This document shows, piece by piece, positions 11,872 to 32,188 of a stretch of DNA of 64,000 nt. A program made the position numbers and the translations under genes. The stretch covers positions 311,957-375,956 of the forward strand of contig NIVC01000264.1 of the NCBI GenBank assembly GCA_002269645.1, written 5' to 3'. The notes beneath the pieces are model-generated. The model was not told the origin of the DNA, made no database searches, and saw nothing but the letters and a program-made list of their open reading frames with translations. Position 1 is the first letter of the stretch; each line of letters starts with the position of its first letter. This DNA is from Macrostomum lignano. Taxonomy: Eukaryota.

Positions 11872-14800
11872 CTGACAAGCGCACCGCAGCATTCAACTCC
11901 GGCTCCATCAGCAGGCGGTCCCCAGTGAGGCCGCTTCTGCGCATCTCCTCAGAGCGCAGGTGGCACCAGAACAGGCCGATGATTGACATGTGCACGCTGA
12001 CCACTGCGTCTGCGTCTTCGAATGTTGACTGCGGCTCCTGGATGCCCAGGACTGCGGGGGTTTTGGGGGATGGGCGATTGGATAAAGGATTGCTTTCCTA
12101 CCTCATCTATCCTACCCCATCTATCCTACTCCCATCTATCCTACCCCATCTATCCTACCCCCATCTATCCTACCCCCATCTATCCTACCCCCATCTATCC
12201 TACCCATCTATCCTACCCCATCTATCCTACCCGATCTATCCTACCCCCATCTATCCTACCCCCATCTATCCTACCCCATCTATCCTACCTCATCTATCCT
12301 ACCCCATCTATCCTACCCCCATCTATCCTACCCCCATCTATCCTACCCCATCTATCCTACCCCCATCTATCCTACCCCCATCTATCCTACCCCCATCTAT
12401 CCTACCCGATCTATCCTACCCCATCTATCCTACCCGATCTATCCTACCCCATCTATCCTACCCGATCTATCCTACCCCATCTATCCTACCCCATCTATCC
12501 TACCCCCATCTATCCTACCCCATCTATCCTACCCCATCTATCCTACCTCATCTATCCTACCCCATCTATCCTACCCCCATCTATCCTACCCCATCTATCC
12601 TACCCCATCTATCCTACCCGATCTATCCTACCCCATCTATCCTACCCGATCTATCCTACCCCATCTATCCTACCCCATCTATCCTACCCCATCTATCCTA
12701 CCCCATCTATCCTACCCCCATCTATCCTACCCGATCTATCCTACCCCCATCTATCCTACCCGATCTATCCTACCCCATCTATCCTACCCGATCTATCCTA
12801 CCCCATCTATCCTACCCCATCTATCCTACCCCATCTATCCTACCCCCATCTATCCTACCCCCATCTATCCTACCCCCATCTATCCTACCCGATCTATCCT
12901 ACCCGATCTATCCTACCCGATCTATCCTACCCCATCTATCCTACCCCATCTATCCTACCCGATCTATCCTACCCCATCTATCCTACCCCATCTATCCTAC
13001 CCCATCTATCCTACCCCCATCTATCCTACCCCCATCTATCCTACCCCCATCTATCCTACCCGATCTATCCTACCCCATCTATCCTACCCCATCTATCCTA
13101 CCCAATCTATCCTACCCGATCTATCCTACCCGATCTATCCTACCCAATCTATCCTACCCGATCTATCCTACCCGATCTATCCTACCCATCTATCCTACCC
13201 CTCTAGGAGAGCTGTGGCCACCCTGGCGTGACATCGTTCTGCAACCAGCACCGGATGCAATTTTGCCCATTTCGCTGACTCCCGAGAACATACAAGCGCG
13301 CCAATACTGTAATCATACACATGCTCACACATGGTGTACGGAGGCCCTGACTCTCGAATCTTTAGGCATGTACACTCTCTGTAGCTTGGGGGCTGGCCCT
13401 CATGGCTGTGAATCGCACAACCCCCCCCCTCCCCGGCCAATTTTCGTGCACACCAGCCGCAAATGAAAGTCAGACAAAGTAAGCATCTCAGCTCACAGGG
13501 CGATGTCAAGCACAGTGCGGACATAAACGCCAGCTCCGCTTCCGTGATCCGAAGCGCATCCCACTCCGCCGACACATTGTTCAGCAGGCCCAGGAACAGG
13601 TTGCGAAGCAGAGGGTGGCTCGAATACTGCAGAAAGCCCCTGTGAAAGTGAGACGGGTATTGAGGTAGGTGTACAGTTAAAAAAACTGAGTCACGTGATG
13701 TCTGAGGAGGGTTGGAGTTAAAAGTACATTCAAAGGGACACTATGAGTCACGGGATATCTAGCAAAAAGCAGCATGCCGATGTACACTAATGCTGGACTT
13801 TACAGTGTCCTGGTATAGCTGAAAGGGATCCCGGGGTCACGTGATGCCCGGGTACAATAAAGCAGTGCTCAACGGCCAAGCCAACCTTGACAGCCGGTAG
13901 GAGCCGCACGGATCGAGTACGCAGTCGTCGGATCTCCTGACTAGCGAGGCGCAGCAGTGCATAGCGATGACGCGCGGACTGTGACGAGTCAGCAGCTCGC
14001 GCTTATCAGCCAGCGTCAGCGCCTCGGCGCAGCTGACGGTTACAGAGTGGTCGGCGCAAGTGTTCGCAGCTGACGCGGAGCTGCCACCGAAAATGCAGGT
14101 GCTGAAGGCGAGCACCCGTGACAACAGGCGAGGCGTGATGGCAGCGAGGCTGGCTAGAATCTCCGGCTCCTGATACCACTGCGGTTCGGGCAGCTGCTGT
14201 AGAATGTGTGAAGTTATTCATATATACAGTGTGCTCTCTGTCATGCATCATGTGTGTACCTATAGTGTAGTAAGTCTGCCATGAGCATCTGTAAGTATTT
14301 TTAGCAACGGTGCGTCACATGATTATTAAGGGCACGGGGGAGTGGGGTGGTGGGGTTTTACACAACTGTCTAGAGCATGGAGGAATGGGGTAGTGGGGTT
14401 TTAAACAACTGTCTAGAGCATGGAGGAATGGGGTGGTGGGGGTTTTACAACAGTCTAGAGCATGGAGGAATGGGGTGGTGTGCTTTTACACAACTGTCTA
14501 GGGTATGGAGGAATGGGGTGGTGGGGTTTTACCAAACTGTCTAGGGCATGTAGGAATGGGGTGGTGAGGTTTTACACAACTGTCTAGAGCATGGAGGAAT
14601 GGGGTGGTGGGGTTTAAACGACTGTCTAGGGCACGAGTGAATGGTAATGAGGTGTCAAATTATTTTATTAGGGTGGTGGGGTGATGGACGTAACGTGTTT
14701 CAAATGACTATTTTAGGACACAGGCGAGGGGTGGTGGGGCATCTAAGACTTTTTAAAATAAAAGCAGACTAATGTAGCTGTGGTTGAATGGAGCGAACAG

Positions 14801-17057
14801 ATGAGTGGAAGTCGATTTCACGCAATTCTATCAAATGATGGTGACGGTTTCGGCTTTTTTAAAAAATCTAATTAAATCTAAAAACGGGTTTTATTATTTT
14901 TTAAATCGCTTTTCATCAAAAAATCCCAAAAACTTGAACGAATAAACAAAGCCAATTTTGAGCGAGGAGAAATTACCATCTTTAGACTGCCCTAATTTTT
15001 GGCAGTGGAAACGTGACGTCAAGAAAGAAGGCTCGGCGAAGTCAAATTGAAACAAAATTACTGGAGACCAGCTCAACTTGAAATTTTCCAAATATTTTTT
15101 CTCAACCCCCTACAAATAAAACACAGGAAATGCGAGCTATCCTACTTGTAAGTAGACTAAATGTATGCGATGCTAAATTTTATAACGGAGGATCAATAAT
15201 CCATTGTTTGGCCTTCCCATGTAACAAGAATTTATTGACCTTGAATAGCGGAGTCAACACAGCGGAGGCAACCAAGTGCAGTGGCGGCACGCTAACAGGC
15301 ATGAATCATCAGTCGTTGTGAGTTGCTAGGGTTGAAAGTTAGAATTCCTTTTTTATACACTTTGTGTTTCTTAGAAAAATAGAAGGCCGGCTGTTAGCGT
15401 GCAAAAACAAAGCGATGGTTCTTTCTTTCAGCAGAAGCAGATAAAGCGTTACTTCTAAAACCTATGGCGTGAAGCCAGCCTTCAGAGATTTTCTAAGACC
15501 GCTCACCGACACGATGGTCTGGTGGTCGGCGGCACTCAGCCTCGGCAGCGGCCGGCAGCGCCAGTGGCAGCGCAGCAGCAGGCTGGCATCGTCGGTCAGC
15601 GCCGCGGTGGCCGAGGCCGCAGCTGCCGAGAACCCGCCATTGCCGGCGGCCGCCAGATTGAAGTCGGCCTCCCAGGCGGCCGAGAACTCGTCCACAGTTG
15701 ACAGGACGAGCTGCGTGGCCGGCAGGCAGCCGGCGGTTTCGGTGGTCAGGCGGTCGGCCAGAGGGCCGGCCAGGCGCAGCAGCAGCTGCTGGGAGAGGCT
15801 GCAGACAGCCGGCGGGTCCCACAGCAGGCAGCCCGGACGGCGGGACTTTTTAGGCGGCGCTCGCGACTGGCGCAGCTGCAGAATTCGTCGGTGCCGGCTG
15901 AAGAGCCGCACGCTGGCCTGCCGCTGCTGTTTCTGTTGCTGCGGCGGCGGTGGCGGTGGCGGCGGCGGCGGCATTGGCAACGGCGGCGGCGGCAGCGGCG
16001 GCAGCGGCAGCGGGGACGGCGGCAGAGTCGACGGAATCAGGGGAGGAGGGGGCGGATTGGCTGCTGCTGCCGCCGCTGCCTTGTCCGCCCGGCGGTAGCA
16101 GCTCCGCTTGATACGGATGGTCTCGAAGTCGTGCCGCGCCTGTACGAGGTAGGCCAGCAGCTGCTGGTCGCCGATGCCCGCCGCCTCAATTCGGCCAGTC
16201 GATTTGGCGGTGGCGGCCGCCGAGTCGCAGCGCTTCGACCGGCGCCCAAGCTTGGAGCGGCGTCGGCCCATATTGACCGCGCAGCACTTCTTCAGGCGGC
16301 ACCACTGGCAGGCGTTGCGGGTGGCCGGCGAGATCGCCAGTGGCGCCTCCGAGTGGCCGCAGGGCGCCCCGGCGTACCCGGAGACCACCACGCGGCGGAA
16401 GAAGCCCTGGGGGCGGGAGCGGAATGCCGAGGATCCTGCCTGAGACCAGTCCGCTGTGTCTCCGTCTATGGGTTGTCCTCTTTGCTCTCTCCCTCTCATT
16501 CCCCTCTCCCTCTCCTTCCTCTCTCTCTCCTTCTCCTCTCCCTCTCCTTCCCCTCCCCCTCTTCTTCCCTCTCCCTCTCCTTATTCCTCTCCCTCTCCTT
16601 CCCCTCTCCCTCTCCTTCTTCCTCTCTCCCTCTTCTTCCTCTCTTCTTCCTCTCTTAATCTCCCTCTCACTCTCCCTATGACTCTCCCTCTCATTCTCCA
16701 TCTCACTCTCCCTAAGACTCTCTCTCTCATTCTCCCTAAGACTCTCCCTAAGAATCTCCTTCTCACTCTCCCTCTCACCTTGCAGCCCTCACAGGCGGGC
16801 ACACCGTAGTGAACCCCGCTGGCGGTGTCACTGCAGACGGCGCAGATCTCGACAGCTCGAGTTGCCGCAGAGTCGGTATTGAGCTGCTGCTGCTGGGGCT
16901 GCTGAGTTTGCGGCAGATGATGAGACAGAGGAGATGCTGGAGCCGATGCAGAAGAGATCAGGCTGTTATCGTCAGGCAAATCCAGGATAGCAAGCAGCTC
17001 GCTTGATGCGCTGTCGCAGCCGGAGTTGCTGCTGATGCAGGCATCCGAGCTGGTCAT
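11872..17057 (-). CDS. Nuclear hormone receptor (C4 zinc-finger DBD plus divergent LBD); terminal exon unresolved
   Basis: Phase-consistent GT-AG exons: 17057-16779, 16406-15507, 14196-13886, 13639-13497, 12051-11872. DBD CAVCSDTASGVHYGVPACEGCK|GFFRR...RNACQWCRLKKC. LBD-like motifs LLSRVLAFS...LTLADKRELL and DALRITEAELAFMSALCLTSP. A weak candidate last exon is 10473-10442 (GRELRLNLLV*). Confidence 0.85.
12098..13200. repeat. 14/15-bp minisatellite CTATCCTACCCC(C)AT in nuclear receptor intron 4
   Basis: About 75 copies; explains ORFs 11925-13466 and 12022-13206. Confidence 0.95.
14335..14630. repeat. About 42-bp minisatellite (GGGGTGGTGGGGTTTTACACAACTGTCTAGAGCATGGAGGAAT)
   Basis: About 7 degenerate copies in nuclear receptor intron 2. 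Confidence 0.88.
16480..16778. repeat. CT-rich low-complexity tract filling nuclear receptor intron 1
   Basis: Almost pure polypyrimidine on + between the donor at 16778 and the acceptor at 16407. Confidence 0.85.
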
Positions 17058-17540
17058 TCCTTTGAGCAGGAAGTGTATCCCGAATCGGCCAATTTCTGTC
17101 AGGCAGATGCGTATAAGTGAGCACAGATCTTAGGAAGCGGCAAGAATCGAGGTTGTACCGAAGAGTCTGGGGCAGCTATATGGAGAGAGAGAGAGAGAGT
17201 AAAAGTACACATAAGTAGGAGAGGCCCTGCGCGACGGACGGATAAACTAGTTTAAACCGACTGCTCCGCACAGAGGCAGGGGGAAGGGGAAGGGGAGGGA
17301 CGAGATCCGTGGCAAGGACTTCTAAATTTAGCATCAATCGGATTGGAAACTCGCCCAAACAACAAAGTACTCGTAGCTGACCTCTTACGTTCCTTCTATC
17401 ACAGACCCCAAATTATGGAATATGAATAGCGCTTGGACAAAAATGCAAGCATATTAATACATGCACTCACATATCACGCAGGAAGTCAGACTCAAAGATA
17501 TGGAATAAATAATAAAAATGTAAAATAATAACAATCCTTA

Positions 17541-17657
17541 CCCAGAATGCAGAGCTGGTATTGCTAAACAAATAGTTACGCAAATCAATAGCAGGGCTAA
17601 ACGATGCTTGAGCTGGAGTCTTTCTGAGACACAAACTCAATTTCTGATTGTTGTGTC
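17541..17657 (-). other. Candidate 5'-UTR exon of the nuclear receptor gene
   Basis: Flanked by acceptor CCCCCCACAG| and donor TGG|GTAAGG on the minus strand; no frame joins the coding exon 1 frame. Confidence 0.35.
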
Positions 17658-18432
17658 TGTGGGGGGGGACTCAGACTAGCGGAACGGGAGCACATCCTTG
17701 ACATATAAGCCTCTGCCACGGTCCAATGCCTGGCTTGCCAACCCAACCAACCAGCAGACTGCGGCCTACACCCAAGTCTGCAGTGAGCCAGTTTGCGCCG
17801 GATCAGACCAACCTGGTTTCCCTTCCCTTCTCCCCAGCAACCACACCCACCTCCCACACAGAAGCCTGTCTTCCACTAAGCCCCCCCCCCCAAACTCCAG
17901 CGCTTGTGACCTTAGAACTCTTCTCTGTCGCGTGCAAATTTCGTACTATTTCTATGCCAGAACTGCCAGCTGTTGACTGCGGCAAAATATGAGTATGGTG
18001 CCTATTTTAATTGGTTTTCAACAACAAATAATCCATTACAAATATAGCCAAAAAGGCAGTTTAGACGCGGCTTTATCCACCAAGCTAAAAGCAGAAAAAT
18101 TTAGTGGGATTTTTTTGTGCTCCACTGCACTGCACGCCAGCCAGTATTGGCACTCAACAGTCAAACAGAGGGTAACGAAATCTGTCGTTTTGAGGAGGAG
18201 TGCATACATTCCAAAGGCATTGAACTCTGGCCATCTGAGAGTCGCTTATAAAACAAGCGTGGGCAATCGAGAGGAATTTGCAGTGTTATTATCGACCCGG
18301 TTGGGGGGTCTGCCAGACCTTGCAGCTGAGCTCTACTGCTCGCAGCACGACTCATATTATATTTTGCACAGTGAACTCAGTTGTTCCACCACTAGCGAAT
18401 AACAGAACTGCGACTCGGGCAAATGGGTACAG

Positions 18433-18925
<493 letters not shown>

Positions 18926-19417
18926 AAGACAGACACAGACACCCAGCAAAGGAGACAAATAATGCAAGGCCTGAACGCTAACACGAAACGGTTGAATAAT
19001 AAAAACAGCAAATTCATGCAGACTAAAACTGAAGAAAAGCGAAGCCCCAGACCAACCTGGGCACTTCAAACTGCACAGTTCGGACATTTATTTGAATAAA
19101 AAGCCACAGACTAAAAACCTTGCAACGTTAATAAAATGAACACAGCAAAATACCGAGAGATAGAAGTTATAATAAATTCTATTTAAAAAATATGGCAATG
19201 GCATGATGTAACAAAAGCAGAGGCCAAGCCTGACTAGCGGCTGAATAGGCTGGCGAGCACTGTTAGCCTATTATGCTAATAAAAACACTAAATATCATAC
19301 GAGCTGGCAAAAATAGCAGCAACAGCTGTTGAAAAGACGAAAGCTAAAATAATAAAAAACATGACTTTATAAGACTGGAAACACAGATTAGAGGCATTGA
19401 AGATGCTGGAAGAGAGT

Positions 19418-19420
<3 letters not shown>

Positions 19421-19516
<96 letters not shown>

Positions 19517-19810
19517 CGAGAGAGCGAGAGAGCGAGAGAGCGAGAGAGAGAGAGAGATAGGGAGAGAGTGAGATAGGGAGAGAGTGAGATAGGGAGAGAG
19601 TGAGATAGGGACAGAGTGAGATAGGGAGAGAGTGAGATAGGGACAGAGTGAGATAGGGAGAGAGTGAGATAGGGACAGAGTGAGATAGGGACAGAGTGAG
19701 ATAGGGAGAGAGTGAGATAGGGACAGAGTGAGATGGGGAGAGAGTGAGATAGGGAGAGAGTGAGATAGCGAGAGAGATAGAAAGTTAGATAGGGAGAGAA
19801 TGAGGTAGAC
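19421..19810. repeat. (GA)n microsatellite grading into a 16-bp GGAGAGAGTGAGATAG repeat
   Basis: Read directly. Confidence 0.93.
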
Positions 19811-20177
19811 AGAGTGAGACGGTGAGACTGGAGAGAGCTCCAGCACATACGAGAACCTGCGCCCCAGACAACATGCACAATATGTGCTATTACTACAAAA
19901 GAATGACTTATGACAATAGAAGCTCACAAAAAGTATTTAGAAAATGAATCGAATAACAATATAAATATCGTGTACAATAAAACTCGAGAAGCGTGTTGTT
20001 AATATTGCAAAAATGCTTAGTAAACATGACTAAATATAGCAAACAAAAAACTCACGCCAGGCCAGAAAGAATCGACAGTCATTTATACGGCATGCAAGCA
20101 AGCGAGGAGGATATGGAGAAAAATGGTATAAATTTATGATGAGATTTCAAAACGTCCCCAGCTAACTGTCTCTAACA

Positions 20178-20843
20178 GCTCCTCAGCAGCCACTTAGCAG
20201 CCACTCATCCACTCAGCATCCACTCAGCAGCTACTCAGCAGCCACCCAGCAGCTACTCAGCAGCCACTCAGCAGCTACTCAGCAGCCACTCAGCAGCCAC
20301 TCAGCAGTCACTCAGCAGCTACTCAGCAGCCACTCATCCACTCAGCATCCACTCAGCAGCTAGTTAGCATCCACTCAGCAGCTACTCAGCAGCCACTCAG
20401 CAGCCACTCAGCAGCCACTCAGCAGCTACTCAGCAGCCACTCAGCAGTCACTCAGCAGTCACTCAGCAGTCACTCAGCAGTCACTCAGCAGTCACTCAGC
20501 AGTCACTCAGCAGCTACTCAGCAGCCACTCATCCACTCAGCATCCACTCAGCAGCTAGTTAGCATCCACTCAGCAGCTACTCAGCAGCCACTCAGCAGCT
20601 ACTCAGCAGCCACTCAGCAGCTACTCAGCAGCCACTCAGCAGCTACTCAGCATCCACTCAGCAGCTAGTTAGCATCCACTCAGCAGCTACTCAGCAGTCA
20701 CTCAGCAGTCACTCAGCAGCTACTCAGCAGCCACTCATCCACTCAGCATCCACTCAGCAGCTAGTTAGCAGCCACTCAGCAGCTACTCAGCAGCCACTCA
20801 GCAGTCACTCAGCAGCTCCTCAGCAGCCACTCAGCAGCTCCTC
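20178..20843. repeat. 11-bp minisatellite CTCAGCAGCCA/CTA/TCA
   Basis: About 58 copies with variants. Confidence 0.93.
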
Positions 20844-21548
20844 AGGTGTCGCAGCAGCGGCTTCTCGGATTGGCGGACCAGCGGCGACGACGATCAACTG
20901 CGGGATGGAGAGGGGGGAAAGGGATGAAGGAGAATGGGGACTTGTGGGGGGGAAGGCAGCTGGGAGGCAAAAAAGTCAAATGCAGCCAGGTGAGACAAGA
21001 ACAGCTAATTTGAGCGCTTGGACTGCATGGCAGCAAAGCTAATAAACAACAATGGGCCTAAATTTAAAGACTGATGGCTAATGTAGAATAGCAAATGACA
21101 CCCGAAGGACAATTAGAGGCGCAGAAGCTGCGGATTCCCAAACCCACGTGACAAAATATGGTAAGCACCCAGTGTGAGCGTGTGTCCGAGCGTATGAGAA
21201 CGTGCCTGAGTACGGTATTGGCGCTCACGACTTCTGACAATAATTTTGAGCCTGTCAAGGTTTGAGCATCTGAAAGCCCTCCCATAATAGTTAGTTACAA
21301 AGGAGATTAGAAGCCTGAGAACTGCTATATGAATAGCAGAGTGTTCGGTTCGGGTTAAACGCAAGCAAACTTCAAGCGCAGGTTAAAATTTTAAACGGCA
21401 TGCCACCTTTTATTCTAGGCATGAAGAGGCCAGTTCACGCGTCGAGTCACCGGTGAGTCGAAGAAGCTGAGTAGCAGAAACTGCTCTCGCCCCTGCGGCA
21501 GCAATCAGCAGCTGGCGGATGCTTTTAGTAAATTAGAAAAGCAGGAAA

Positions 21549-22895
21549 GACTCGGACACACTACTAGGGATCTAGTCTCAGACTCGGACCCACTACTAGG
21601 GATCTAGTCTCAGACTCGGACCCACTACTAGGGATCTAGTCTCAGGCTCGGACCACTACTAGGGATCTAGTCTCAGGCTCGGACCCACTACTAGGGATCT
21701 AGTCTCAGGCTCGGACCCACTACTAGGGATCTAGTCTCAGGCTCGGACCCACTACTAGGGATCTAGTCTCAGGCTCGGACCCACTACTAGGGATCTAGAC
21801 TTGGACTCGGACTCAATACTAGGGATCTAGTCTCAGGCTCGGACCCACTACTAGGGATCTAGTCTCAGGCTCGGACCCACTACTAGGGATCTAGTCTCAG
21901 GCTCGGACCCACTACTAGGGATCTAGTCTCAGGCTCGGACCCACTACTAGGGATCTAGTCTCAGGCTCGGACCCACTACTAGGGATCTAGTCTCAGGCTC
22001 GGACCCACTACTAGGGATCTAGTCTCAGGCTCGGACCCACTACTAGGGATCTAGTCTCAGGCTCGGACCCACTACTAGGGATCTAGTCTCAGGCTCGGAC
22101 CCACTACTAGGGATCTAGTCTCAGGCTCGGACCCACTACTAGGGATCTAGTCTCAGGCTCGGACCCACTACTAGGGATCTAGACTTGGACTCGGACTCAA
22201 TACTAGGGATCTAGTCTCAGGCTCGGACCCACTACTAGGGATCTAGTCTCAGGCTCGGACCCACTACTAGGGATCTAGTCTCAGGCTCGGACCCACTACT
22301 AGGGATCTAGTCTCAGGCTCGGACCCACTACTAGGGATCTAGTCTCAGGCTCGGACCCACTACTAGGGATCTAGTCTCAGGCTCGGACCCACTACTAGGG
22401 ATCTAGTCTCAGGCTCGGACCCACTACTAGGGATCTAGTCTCAGGCTCGGACCCACTACTAGGGATCTAGTCTCAGGCTCGGACCCACTACTAGGGATCT
22501 AGTCTCAGGCTCGGACCCACTACTAGGGATCTAGTCTCAGGCTCGGACCCACTACTAGGGATCTAGACTTGGACTCGGACTCAATACTAGGGATCTAGTC
22601 TCAGGCTCGGACCCACTACTAGGGATCTAGTCTCAGACTCGGACCCACTACTAGGGATATAGTCTCAGACTCGGACTCAATACTAGGGATCTAGACTTGG
22701 ACTCGGACTCAATACTAGGGATCTAGTCTCAGGCTCGGACCCACTACTAGGGATCTAGTCTCAGACTCGGACCCACTACTAGGGATATAGTCTCAGACTC
22801 GGACTCAATACTAGGGATCTAGACTTGGACTCGGACTCAATACTAGGGATCTAGACTCGGACTTGGACTCAATACTAGGGATCTAGAATCGGACT
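21549..22895. repeat. 32-bp minisatellite CTCGGACCCACTACTAGGGATCTAGTCTCAGG
   Basis: About 41 near-identical copies downstream of the AMPD stop; internal inverted repeat ACTAG-GGAT-CTAGT. Confidence 0.96.
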
Positions 22896-22992
22896 TGGAC
22901 TAAGAATGGAATGCGTGAGAGAGGCAGAGAGTCAGGCAAGGAGTAGGAAACGGGCCAAGCGCCACTGCACACGACACAGGCTGGTGGAAATG

Positions 22993-29993
<7,001 letters not shown>

Positions 29994-30094
29994 CTGAGGC
30001 TGAAGAAAGTTTTTCCCATAGCAACTGATGCGTTTGGTATTCGCTTCGATATTGTCAGCTCTTGGGATTTAAGACAAGGGATTGGGACTTGGGG

Positions 30095-31090
30095 GGTCTG
30101 GGATCTGGGATTCATATGGGAATCAATAGAGTCTGGGATCTGGGATTCAGATGGGAATCAAAAGAGTCTGGGATCTGGGATTCATATGGGAATCAATAGA
30201 GTCTGGGATCTGGGATTCATATGGGAATCAATAGAGTCTGGGATCTGGGATTTAGATGGGACTCAATAGAGTCTGGGATCTGGGATTCATATGGGAATCA
30301 ATAGAGTCTGGGATCTGGGATTTAGATGGGACTCAATAGAGTCTGGGATCTGGGATTTAGATGGGACTCAATAGAGTCTGGGATCTGGGATTTAGATGGG
30401 ACTCAATAGATTCTGGGATCTGGGATTCAGATGGGACTCAATAGAGTCTGGGATCTGGGATTCATATGGGAATCAATAGAATCTAGGATCTGGGATTCAG
30501 ATGGGACTCAATAGAGTCTAGGATCTGGGATTCAGATGGGACTCAATCGAGTCTAGGATCTGGGATTCAGATGGGACTCAATAGAGTCTGGGATCTGGGA
30601 TTCAGATGGGAATCAAAAGAGTCTGGGATCTGGGATTCATATGGTACTTAGTGAGTCTGTAATCTATTCTATATCTGAGACACGAAATAAACACAAGAGA
30701 AACAGTCACTAGTTATAAAAAACACGGACACAAGCCAAAAAGTAGGCGGTGCGGTTAAAAACACAGGTGTATTTTCAGAATGCAATTAAGTAGGGAAAAG
30801 TATATTATATTTTGCATGGGATTCAGATGGGACTCAATAGAGTCTGGGATTCATATGGGAATCAATAGAGTCTGGGATTCATATGGGAATCAATCGAGTC
30901 TAGGATCTGGGATTCAGATGGGACTCAATAGAGTCTGGGATTCATATGGGAATCAATCGAGTCTAGGATCTGGGATTCAGATGGGACTCAATAGAGTCTG
31001 GGATCTGGGATTCAGATGGGACTCAATAGAGTCTAGGATCTGGGATTCAGATGGGACTCAAAAGAGTCTGGGATCTGGGATTCATATGGT
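30095..31090. repeat. 35-bp minisatellite GGGATCTGGGATTCAGATGGGACTCAATAGAGTCT, split by a duplicated flank
   Basis: Tandem copies at 30095-30645 and 30815-31090; about 170 bp of unique flank occurs twice (30641 and 31081). Confidence 0.9.
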
Positions 31091-31704
31091 ACTTAGTGAG
31101 TCTGTAATCTATTGTATATCCGAGACACGAAATAAACACAAGAGAAACAGTCACTAGTTATAAAAAACACGGAAACAAGCCAAAAAGTAGGCGGTGCGGT
31201 TAAAAACACAGGTGTATTTTCAGAATGCAATAAGTAGGGAAAAGTATATTATATTTTTGTATATTAAAAGCAGAAACAGATTTTTCAAATGCATTTCTAA
31301 AGGAGAAATTCTCGTCTCATGTCTGCTTTTACTCATGTCTGTCTCTGACTGAGTCGCTTTGACAAGCTCAAAATTTTACATTTACGAGTTGGTTCAAGTT
31401 GTCAGGTAGTGGAAGCGCCTAAAAATTAAGGTTTCGAGTTAAGTTTCGAACTCGCTAAACACCCCTCTGATATATTAATCTGGGATTTGTTTATTGTCAC
31501 ATATCTGTGAAACTAATGATATCTGCCTACTTATTCTCTAATGTTTGAGCCTATACGTAAAATATCCCCGTAATTATATTAATCCACAGATGTCCTGATC
31601 TAAAATGCAACTTGCTAAATTGGCAATACAGGAAATCAAGCCGATAATCAGCACTGCAAAAGTGCAATAGAAGGTCGGCTCAGATAAACGCAGGTGACAA
31701 ACAA

Positions 31705-31706
31705 AA

Positions 31707-31761
<55 letters not shown>

Positions 31762-31796
31762 CACAGACAGACAGACAGACACACAGACAGACAGAC

Positions 31797-31853
<57 letters not shown>

Positions 31854-31904
31854 CACAGACAGACACAAGTCACAGCTGATAAAAAGACAGACACACAGAC
31901 AGAC

Positions 31905-31943
<39 letters not shown>

Positions 31944-31994
31944 CACAGACAGACACAAGTCACAGCTGATAAAAAGACAGACACACAGACAGAC

Positions 31995-32037
<43 letters not shown>

Positions 32038-32075
32038 CACAGACACACAGACAGACACAGAAGTCACAGCTGATA
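31705..32075. repeat. (GACA)n-derived compound microsatellite with a recurring AAGTCACAGCTGATAAAA spacer
   Basis: Spacer seen three times (about 31867, 31957, 32061). Confidence 0.88.
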
Positions 32076-32188
32076 AAAAAAAATTACAACAAATAAAACT
32101 AAACAGTGAAGCTACTATCAGTAGCTAGATAGGCATTTCATAGTCCAAAAACCAATGATAAAAATTGGTTGAAAGCCGATCCGACTGA

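Noticed and set aside
15462-16499. Nuclear receptor as a DBD-only (knirps/NR0A-like) protein ending at 15462
   Set aside because: An in-phase donor at 15506 links to three downstream exons carrying LBD motifs.
21549-22895. CRISPR-like array (32-bp repeat with a palindrome)
   Set aside because: Units are head-to-tail with no unique spacers, there are no cas genes, and the context is eukaryotic. The same applies to the 41-, 44- and 51-bp arrays.
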